From NCBI GenBank assembly GCA_018302985.1, contig JAGVZA010000004.1, positions 38,757 through 102,756 of the forward strand: a stretch of 64,000 nucleotides of DNA. Direction: 5' to 3'. Each line of letters begins with the position of its first letter. Positions within the stretch are counted from its first letter, which is position 1. Origin of the DNA: Candidatus Woesearchaeota archaeon. Its GTDB lineage: Archaea > Nanobdellota > Nanobdellia > SCGC-AAA011-G17 > UBA489. Position numbers and translations under genes: made by a program. This document shows positions 56,436 through 64,000 of the stretch, piece by piece. The notes under the pieces are model-generated. The model did not search any database. It was not told where the DNA came from and saw only the letters and a program-made list of their open reading frames with translations.

Positions 56436-57172
56436 TTACTCAATTCTGCATCGATGAGTTGTTTGAATGCAGCCCAAGGTTGTGCACCTACGAGTTGCTG
56501 ACCATTGACAAAGAAAGTTGGCGTACCAGAAACACCATTGGCGCTTCCTTCAGCTAAATCTCCCTGTACTTCTTGTGCTTGCTTTGGATCTGCAATACAT
56601 TTACTGAAGTCTGACTCATCTACACCTAATTCTTTTGCATAGCCTTTGAATATAGTGTAAGGATCTGTGTTACCAGTCCATGCTGCTTGGGTTGAATATA
56701 ACTTATCATGCATTTCCCAATACTTGTCCTGTTCACCAGCACAGTTTGCAGCTACAGCAGCTTCATCAGCTTGCTCGTGGAAAGGCAATGGATAATCCTT
56801 GAAGATTAAACGTACTTTTCCTTCTGCAACTAACTTCTTAATTTCTGGATAGGTCTGCTGGAATGCACGTTCACAGAATGGGCATTGATAGTCAGAATAT
56901 TCAAAGATGACTACTGGTGCAGATTTGTCACCCATTGCTGGATCTCCATCTTCTTTTAAATCTGCAACTACTGGCGGTTGTGTTGGGTTATTGCCGGTAG
57001 GCACAGTTGGATTTGGAGCAGCATTATTATCTCCGAAACCGAATCCCTGTGTTAAAACTGAAATAATCAATAATACTGATAACATTAAACAGCCTACTTT
57101 CCATGGAGCTGCAGTATCAGATTGTCTTGCTTGAGCAGTATGCTCAGACATTGGTTTTTTACTATTTGCCAA
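56432..57172 (-). CDS. DsbA/DsbG-family membrane-anchored thiol-disulfide oxidoreductase
   Basis: EYSDYQCPFC, GVSGTPTFFVNG, GAQP. Confidence 0.93.
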   Translation of the reverse strand: MANSKKPMSEHTAQARQSDTAAPWKVGCLMLSVLLIISVLTQGFGFGDNNAAPNPTVPTGNNPTQPPVVADLKEDGDPAMGDKSAPVVIFEYSDYQCPFCERAFQQTYPEIKKLVAEGKVRLIFKDYPLPFHEQADEAAVAANCAGEQDKYWEMHDKLYSTQAAWTGNTDPYTIFKGYAKELGVDESDFSKCIADPKQAQEVQGDLAEGSANGVSGTPTFFVNGQQLVGAQPWAAFKQLIDAELSK

Positions 57173-57258
57173 AAAACATCATCCCCCATTTGTTTTAATT
57201 CAATACTGTAAGAAAAAGTAGGAGATTTATAAAGATATCGCTAGATGTCTTTTTTCCT

Positions 57259-58041
57259 TTATCCCCTCATTTCCATAGTGTTCCCAGATTCATATCTTTT
57301 TAATCCACTATAAAACATTATAATTGCAATTGTTAGGAAAATTAGAGTCATTCCCACTACAATAGCCAACCATTTCCAGCTAAAACTTTTTAGAAGCTCT
57401 ACAGGTACACTTCCAACGAGACCTGCCGGTAGTATAAATAGTAAAAAGAACTTTGTTGCTCCAGTATATACAGAAAAAGGATAGAAACTAAATGTCAATA
57501 GGGCTTCAGTCATTACTTTTGCAGCATTCTCAAATTTTCCTACAAAGAAAGACATGGAGTGTATAATAATTCCCCAGCTTAGATAGATGAGTGCTGAGCA
57601 TATTACTAATAAAATATATAGCGGTACTTGTCTCCATTGTAATACAACCACTGCCAAAGTTATTCCAAATAATATATCTCCAAGCCCCGAATATGTAAAT
57701 CTAGCAAGTGTATGTGATAATATTTCTTTTGGCATCGTAAGATAGTAATCAATACCATTGGTTTGTATCAGACGAGAAATTTTTCTCCAATTTCCAAAAA
57801 ATGTTATAGTCAATCCCCAAGACAAGACAATAACGGAATTTAAGTAGAGAATGGTTTCTAATGTCCAGCCGTTCAAAGTATTAAATTTATTGAAGAAGAT
57901 AAACCAAAAGATAAGCCAGAATATATCATTGATAAACATCCCCAAAGTTTGCATAATAAAATTGAATCGATACTCTAAAGCAGATTTGAATTCCAACTTA
58001 TATATTTTTCCCAATACCGCTAGTTGTTTTTTAACCCCCAT
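57259..58041 (-). CDS. ABC-2 type permease (ABC2_membrane_6-like)
   Basis: LEYR.NF, GW, YP.S.Y, GLKRYESG. Confidence 0.88.
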   Translation of the reverse strand: MGVKKQLAVLGKIYKLEFKSALEYRFNFIMQTLGMFINDIFWLIFWFIFFNKFNTLNGWTLETILYLNSVIVLSWGLTITFFGNWRKISRLIQTNGIDYYLTMPKEILSHTLARFTYSGLGDILFGITLAVVVLQWRQVPLYILLVICSALIYLSWGIIIHSMSFFVGKFENAAKVMTEALLTFSFYPFSVYTGATKFFLLFILPAGLVGSVPVELLKSFSWKWLAIVVGMTLIFLTIAIIMFYSGLKRYESGNTMEMRG

Positions 58042-58822
58042 AGATACCTACCTTTCTTATTCCTTTTTTATAGATAAACATCATTATTACTCCTGTTATT
58101 ATTATCCATATTATTTGCCCTAGAAACGCATACGTAAAATTCTGCCAAGAAAAGTGGACAAAGAGCTTAGCTGGCCAATACATCAAGAATGTTGTTGGCA
58201 GGTACTGAATAATATTTTGTACCCCTATAGGATAAAAGTCCAAAGGAATGAGCATTCCTCCTGCAATAAATACTATTTTCTGATAAATCCAAAGGATTGC
58301 TGCTACATCTTCTATCCAAAGTGCTAACAATGCAAAACTTGCAACTACTGCAAATCCCAAAATAGCTGCTCCTCCAAGTATTATTAACATAAAAGGGATA
58401 GTGATTAAACTTATATGAATAACTCCTACTAGGAAATATGCAACTATAAAAGCAATGATACCTGTTGTTATAAATATAGATATAAAATTTGCCGTCATAA
58501 TGGTTAGTTCTTTGCCTATAAAACTCCAGGGCTTTAACAAAGCACTTGCCAGAGAACCATTTCTAATTTCTTCACCAAGCCTTTCAATTCTACCAGTTCC
58601 TGATGCAAAAGCAATCACTTCTGCCAAGGCTAGATACCATATAATCTGCACGATGGTAAATCCTTCAACAGCTGCTTCTCCAGCATAGGCAGCCCTCCAT
58701 ATATTGAGAAAAATAAATAATACAATTCCAACAAAGACACCAGAAAACAAACTATCTGCTACATGCGAGTAATTATCTAAAAGAGTGATTTTTCCTAAAG
58801 CTAAATATTTTTTGTATTTCAT
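58031..58822 (-). CDS. ABC-2 type permease
   Basis: I..G.LA..LLKP, GG.LIPL..YP, C-terminal GG. Confidence 0.88.
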   Translation of the reverse strand: MKYKKYLALGKITLLDNYSHVADSLFSGVFVGIVLFIFLNIWRAAYAGEAAVEGFTIVQIIWYLALAEVIAFASGTGRIERLGEEIRNGSLASALLKPWSFIGKELTIMTANFISIFITTGIIAFIVAYFLVGVIHISLITIPFMLIILGGAAILGFAVVASFALLALWIEDVAAILWIYQKIVFIAGGMLIPLDFYPIGVQNIIQYLPTTFLMYWPAKLFVHFSWQNFTYAFLGQIIWIIITGVIMMFIYKKGIRKVGIYGG

Positions 58823-59895
58823 TTTCCATAAAACTTCTCTATAAATTTTTCAATAGGAGGATCTTCTATGACAATATCTACAATTTTTAGTCTTGAAAGA
58901 TAGAAATCTAACACTTTCTGCAGAGCAATCTTTTTTCTGTCTACTTCAATCGTTATCTTATAGCGTGTCTTTTCTATAATCTTTACATCCTTCATGACTG
59001 GAATATCATTTTTATTGCTGTCTAAATAGAGTTCTATTCTTTTCCAGCTTAACTTATCTTTGATTTTCTCCATAGACCCATCATAAAGTAACTTTCCTTT
59101 GTTGATGATTATTATTCTCGGACATAATGCTTCAATATCTTCAAGATCATGAGAGGTTAGAATAATTGTAGTCTTGTCTTTTTTGTTAATTTTCTTGATG
59201 TACTCTCGCATTGTTTTCTTAGCAATAATATCTAGACCAATTGTAGGTTCATCCAGGAATAACACTTTTGGTTTGTGCAATAGGGAAGCTACGAATTCAC
59301 ACCTCATCCTTTCTCCCAAGGAGAGTTTTCTCACAGGAGTATACAAGTAAGGCTGAATTTCAAAGAGTTCTACCAATTCCTTTAATCTTTTTTCATATTC
59401 TTTTTTATCAATCTCATAGATCTTGGAAAATAATTCAAAAGAGTCAATAGGCGGTAAATGATACCAGAGTTGTTGTTTCTGTCCAAAAATAGTTCCAATC
59501 TTCTGTGTTAGTTTGATTCTTTCTTCTTGCGGATTATAATTCAATACTCTTATACTTCCTTTAGTAGGAAATAAGATCCCTGAGAGCATCTTTATAGTAG
59601 TTGATTTACCAGCACCATTAGGTCCAATGAATCCGACTAACTCTCCTTCTTTAATAGTGAAAGAAATATCATCTACTGCTGTAACTATTTTCGTTTTGGC
59701 ACTAACAAGAGATTTTAGATTTCCAATAAATCCCCCTCGCTTTTCCTTTACTTTGAAACTTTTACTGAGCTTTCTTACTGTGATAGCTGTTGGAATTATT
59801 TCACCTCTTTCCCTTTCTTCGTCATTCTCTCTATATAAAAACCTATTTGCCTCTTGCTGATCTTTCTCTTCTCCGTTGTTGTTTAGAGTTTTCAT
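58819..59895 (-). CDS. ABC transporter ATP-binding protein
   Basis: GPNGAGKST, LSLGERMR, LDEPT, SH; true start probably ATT 59796. Confidence 0.95.
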   Translation of the reverse strand: MKTLNNNGEEKDQQEANRFLYRENDEERERGEIIPTAITVRKLSKSFKVKEKRGGFIGNLKSLVSAKTKIVTAVDDISFTIKEGELVGFIGPNGAGKSTTIKMLSGILFPTKGSIRVLNYNPQEERIKLTQKIGTIFGQKQQLWYHLPPIDSFELFSKIYEIDKKEYEKRLKELVELFEIQPYLYTPVRKLSLGERMRCEFVASLLHKPKVLFLDEPTIGLDIIAKKTMREYIKKINKKDKTTIILTSHDLEDIEALCPRIIIINKGKLLYDGSMEKIKDKLSWKRIELYLDSNKNDIPVMKDVKIIEKTRYKITIEVDRKKIALQKVLDFYLSRLKIVDIVIEDPPIEKFIEKFYGK

Positions 59896-60152
59896 GCTAC
59901 ATGCATTTCTTATCCATCAGTTGCCTATACCTTTATGCCAGCCGAAGAATAAGAATTGTTGATTACGCTGACAAAGGTTTGACCATTGTGATAGTGATAT
60001 CTAAGCAATCAGATTCATTATCCACATACCACATGTTGGCTCTCATAGATAAAAAGCGATTTTTAAGAATATATAAACCTTTTCTTACTATTTTTCAAGT
60101 ACTCGAACTGTACACTAGTTGAAATAATATTTATTTAATTAGTAAAAAGAAT

Positions 60153-60512
60153 TTATAACCCAACTAACATAGTTGCTTCATTCTCATCAATGTATAATTT
60201 CAACTCACGCACTAAGAATTCATGTACTTTTTTTGAGGGAGAAGAACAAGTTGCTTTAGGATGTAACTCTGGGAATTTTTGCGGAGGGAAAATGACGCCT
60301 TGATTGTTGTTAAGAATTAAAGGAGCAAGAGGTTTGCGGAAGTGATCATCATGGGTAATGACAAACACGCACGGTTTTTTGAGACATTCATGAACTGCTT
60401 GGTTGTGTTTTTCTTCCATGTGAGCAATAGCTGCTTTTTGATTATTATTCAAGAAATTATGAAAGCGGATACCCTTAACCTTACTGACTTTCTTGATAAG
60501 GATGTCTTTCAT
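60153..60512 (-). CDS. Hypothetical protein
   Basis: 119-aa ORF with a TATA-like box upstream. Confidence 0.65.
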   Translation of the reverse strand: MKDILIKKVSKVKGIRFHNFLNNNQKAAIAHMEEKHNQAVHECLKKPCVFVITHDDHFRKPLAPLILNNNQGVIFPPQKFPELHPKATCSSPSKKVHEFLVRELKLYIDENEATMLVGL

Positions 60513-60582
60513 GCATTTAGGTGTCTGAGGTGTTATATAAACCTTTTTGTCCCTCGAGAGTGAGTATATAGCTGGTATATGC

Positions 60583-60849
60583 CTATTTTCCTTTCTTTTT
60601 GGAAAGTGGAAGGTTTGAGAGTTCTTGCTCTATATATTTCTCAATTCTAGCGCTCATATTTAACCCTTGTTCTTTACAATGGGCACGATATTGACGTAAT
60701 ATTTTTGCATCTATAGTAAAGTTAGCACGCTCTTTGGGATTTGGTTTTGGCAGCTTTCCAGTTCTTTCGAATTCCATTAGGGCTTCAAAGGCTTCTGGAT
60801 GCTGTTCTACAGCTCTTTTTGCATAAAAGACTAGTTTAGACTGTTGCAT
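60583..60849 (-). CDS. Ribbon-helix-helix-like protein (putative antitoxin/regulator)
   Basis: NFTID..IL..YR..C...G.NMS..IE. Confidence 0.7.
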   Translation of the reverse strand: MQQSKLVFYAKRAVEQHPEAFEALMEFERTGKLPKPNPKERANFTIDAKILRQYRAHCKEQGLNMSARIEKYIEQELSNLPLSKKKGK

Positions 60850-61171
60850 TTTGTATCATTCTCCTTATCTTATTGATATCTGTTATCTGCTTGACAATGA
60901 TATTCTTTATTAGTTGGTCTACCTTGTATAAGTCATATGGTTTATTTTTTATTTCACAAAAACTGATGAATACAGCTACTGCGGTTCTTTTATTGCCTTC
61001 TTTGAACACATGATCTAAGGCTATAGTGCGCAAGAGATAGGCTAATTGGATTGTCCAATCTTTTGATTTTTGGGCAGTGCTTAAAGCAAACTCTAAGCTA
61101 CTTTCATTAACAATTTCTCCAGTATCAAAGAGTCTATTGATTTCCCGGATTTCTTCTTTAGTAATTATCAT
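60836..61171 (-). CDS. Fic/Doc family protein
   Basis: HVFKEGNKRTA, Doc-type HxFx(D/E)GNKR. Confidence 0.88.
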   Translation of the reverse strand: MIITKEEIREINRLFDTGEIVNESSLEFALSTAQKSKDWTIQLAYLLRTIALDHVFKEGNKRTAVAVFISFCEIKNKPYDLYKVDQLIKNIIVKQITDINKIRRMIQNATV

Positions 61172-61249
61172 ACTTATACGTGTGTATAACTTTTATTTAA
61201 ACCTTTGGGTTCGAAAATCATTATAAATACTAAATCTCTCTTGTTTGTC

Positions 61250-62267
61250 ATGATCGTTCCAGCAAAACTCCAAGAAGGCGATGAGATTAGAATTATCTCT
61301 CCCTCACGAAGCCTAGGCATTATTTCCAAAGAATCGAGAGTTCTTGCTTGCTCAAGACTTCAGGAATTAGGATTAACAGTAACTTTTTCAAGGCATGCAG
61401 AAGAACAAGATGCTTTTAATTCTTCTTCAATATCCTCAAGAGTTGCAGATCTTCATGAAGCTTTTTCTGATAAACGTGTTAAAGGAATATTGACTACAAT
61501 TGGAGGATTTAATGTAAATCAACTCTTGCCTTATCTAGATTATAGTCTTATCCAACGAAACCCTAAGATTTTATGCGGTTATTCAGACATTACTGCACTC
61601 CAAAATGCTATTTATGCAAAGACTGGATTAGTCACATACTCTGGACCACACTTTTCTACTTTTGCCATGCAGAAGGGATTTGAGTACACTCTAGACTATT
61701 TTAAAAAATGTTTTATGACTTCTGAACCTATTCCTCTACTTCCTTCTCCAACATGGAGCGATGATGCATGGTACAAAGACCAGAACAAAAGGAAATTTAT
61801 AAAAAATAAAGGCTATTTAGTTCTTCATGAAGGATCTGCAGAAGGCACTGTCATAGGAGGAAATCTTTGCACCCTTAACTTACTTCAAGGAACACCCTTT
61901 ATGCCGCACCCTTAACTTACTTCAAGGAACACCCTTTATGCCCAGTCTCAAAAATACTATTCTCTTTGTTGAAGATGATGAAGAATCAAAACCACAGCAC
62001 TTTGATAGAGACTTACAATCATTACTTCATCAACCTGGATTTGCTGGCGTACGAGGCCTAGTTATAGGAAGATTTCAGAAAGCTTCTGGAATGACTGATG
62101 ACTTGCTTGCTAAAATAATTACTTCAAAACAAGAATTAGATCACATTCCTGTTGTTGCAGGCGTTGACTTCGGTCATACTACACCCCACATAACCTTTCC
62201 TATAGGTGGAACTGGATCACTTACAGCTAAAAAACAACAGGTAAGTTTACAGATTACTCATCACTAG
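61250..62267 (+). pseudogene. S66 peptidase (LD-carboxypeptidase/MccF-like), split by a frameshift
   Basis: 5' part: SPS, GG, GYSDIT, GGNL. 3' part: LFVED, DFGHT.P..T.PIG. The junction is a 37-bp tandem duplication. Confidence 0.85.
61869..61942 (+). repeat. Perfect 37-bp tandem duplication
   Basis: gcacccttaacttacttcaaggaacaccctttatgcc at 61869-61905 and 61906-61942. Confidence 0.95.
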
Positions 62268-62282
62268 CAGTTTCCTTTTCCC

Positions 62283-62864
62283 ATGGTTCTCCAACACCCC
62301 ACAGATTATCAGAAAGGCAAGACTCTGGTCTATTTTGTCAGACATGGCGATAGATCTCCTCTACAAGATGGAACGCCAGAACAAACTCCAGGACCTGGAT
62401 TATCTTCTTTAGGAAAACAACAGGCTAAGGACATCGCATGTCAATTTGTTCGTATGCAAGATGAGATCGATGTTCTCTATTCCAGCACCATGACTAGAGC
62501 ACTAGAGACTGCCACCATCATAGGAAAAGCCATTCATAAGAAACCTGTTGTTGAGCATGGACTGTGTGAGGTTAATAAAATCTTATGGACTAAAAAATAT
62601 TATCTGTCTGGCTATTGGCGAACTGTGAAAAAATATCTAGCCGCAAAAAGAACACTTAATAAGATTCTTCGAAAACATCCAAAACAAGTTATTGTCATTG
62701 TATGTCATGGTGGAGTGATTAGAGCACTCTTGGGCTGGAAATTTGGTCTATCTTTTAAACAACGAGGATCCATGTACCATCATAATTGTCATGTTACTTT
62801 GCTTCGATTTCAAGGAACTAAACTAGAGTATATTCATTATTTCAACAGCAAGGGACTGGCTTAA
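62283..62864 (+). CDS. Histidine phosphatase (phosphoglycerate mutase-like)
   Basis: RHG, SS.M.RA.ETA, CHGGVI. Confidence 0.92.
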   Translation: MVLQHPTDYQKGKTLVYFVRHGDRSPLQDGTPEQTPGPGLSSLGKQQAKDIACQFVRMQDEIDVLYSSTMTRALETATIIGKAIHKKPVVEHGLCEVNKILWTKKYYLSGYWRTVKKYLAAKRTLNKILRKHPKQVIVIVCHGGVIRALLGWKFGLSFKQRGSMYHHNCHVTLLRFQGTKLEYIHYFNSKGLA

Positions 62865-63786
62865 TTTATTGACTTTCTTCTTAGCAGAGCTTCTTTCATC
62901 ATTGCTTCTCCAGGTTTTCCCCAAGGACAATAATACAAGAACTCTTCTGGCTTGATGAATTTTCTTTTTGGGATTATTCCTGTTGCTGGATCTATAGTCT
63001 GTTTTTTGAGCTTGGTTATGCTTGCGATATATCTTAACTGATAAAAGACTTCTTTTTTTCCATTTTTGGTCTGCCCAATCTTGTTATATCCTATAGGAGT
63101 AAGATTCTCAATGTCTATATCTCCTTCTTCATCTACTTCCCTGTGCAATGTCTGCTCAAAGGTTTCTCCTTGTTCTGGTGTTCCTCCAGGTAAACTCCAG
63201 TTTTTCTTTGTCTTAATAATCAACATTTCTCCTTCAGGATTAAAGCAAATTCCATAGACTTGATTTACCTCTTTTCCTTTTAACTCATCAAAAGTATTAG
63301 TTTTGCGCCAATCTAAGGTGTTTACTTGACCATTGTTTATAAATTTCGTCCTTATTTTATTTTTAACAATGCAATCATCCATTCTTGTCCAAGTATGCTC
63401 TATTTTCTTTTTAACTCCCTCTTCTAGTATGCCTTCAAGTTCTTTTTTGTTCAATGTCCAATCTATTTTCTTACTAAAATCACCAACACTGAACCATTCA
63501 TATGCTTCATGCTCTTCATTCAAGATAATTTTTCCCTCTTTTACAAATGCGAGATAATTAACTTCTTCACACACCTCTCCTTGCCATGTGTAGATTGATC
63601 CCCATTTTAAATTATAGGTTTCCTCAACTTGCAATCCTGTTTCTTCCTTGACTTCTCTTTTGACTGCTTCTTCATTTGTCTCTCCTTGCTCTACGTTGCC
63701 AGTTACTGTGAATCTTCTTTAGTCTTCACTATGAGCCATTTCTTTTTTTCTTTATTATAAATAAAGGCAAGAATTTTTTTGATCAT
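62861..63786 (-). pseudogene. Tandem double-NUDIX hydrolase, frameshifted near the 5' end
   Basis: ATG 63786 (GGAG RBS) reads MIKKILAFIYNKEKKKWLIVKTKEDSQ*. Another frame continues FTVTGNVEQGETNEEAVKREVKEETGL into the 62861..63634 ORF, which has a second Nudix box GGTPEQGETFEQTLHREVDEE. Confidence 0.75.
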
Positions 63787-63886
63787 TTTTTATGTACTCC
63801 TGATGTTTTGTGAAGTGCTTACCTTAATAAATCCTTTAGTTTTCTCCCATAGCAATCTTTAATAAAGAGCGTCTCTTTGTTTTTGT

Positions 63887-64000
63887 GTGAAGAAAGCACT
63901 TATTACTGGGGCTAGCAGTGGCTTAGGTTTGGAGATAGGAAGATTACTTCAAAAAGAAGAGAAAACTACTATAGTCAATCTTTCACGAAAGAAAAGTCCT
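63887..64000 (+). CDS. Short-chain dehydrogenase/reductase, 5' part (runs off the right edge)
   Basis: GTG start, MKKALITGASSGLGLEI (TGxxxGxG). Confidence 0.85.
   Translation, partial: MKKALITGASSGLGLEIGRLLQKEEKTTIVNLSRKKSP

Noticed and set aside
59790-60122. 110-aa plus-strand ORF
   Set aside because: TTG start, no motif, and it lies antisense over the ABC promoter and start region
61869-61942. Two-repeat CRISPR remnant (37-bp unit)
   Set aside because: The copies are adjacent with no spacer and encode conserved peptidase sequence
1-64000. Stop-codon reassignment
   Set aside because: Conserved genes are full length under code 11, and TAA, TAG and TGA all end genes; the two broken genes are frameshifts

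Overview
AT-rich, very compact archaeal chromosome segment. Archaeal evidence: a group II chaperonin, TATA-box promoters about 24 nt upstream of many start codons, GAGGTGA-type ribosome-binding sites and three TrmB-family paralogues. By gene content it is most likely a DPANN lineage such as Woesearchaeota (inference). No rRNA, tRNA, CRISPR array or IS element was recognised. Main content: an amino-acid fermentation region (gdhA, acdA, aspA/fumC, orphan SdhA/FrdA-like flavoprotein, pyrD, malic enzyme); an arcC-arcE-arcB arginine synthetase-type operon headed by a stop/start-overlapping HTH-LAGLIDADG gene; three divergent TrmB modules, two sharing a 13-bp operator-like palindrome; a thiol-redox/CuA operon; two large FN3 surface proteins (about 660 and 2019 aa); a solo Cas4-like nuclease; a Fic/Doc-RHH pair; and two frameshifted genes near the right end. 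Missed by the ORF track: two Cys-rich microproteins, a candidate structured ncRNA at about 11.66-11.83 kb, probable ATT/GTA start codons, and a recurrent terminal LE-x-x-[LIV] motif in orphan proteins. All family calls come from motif recognition, not database searches.
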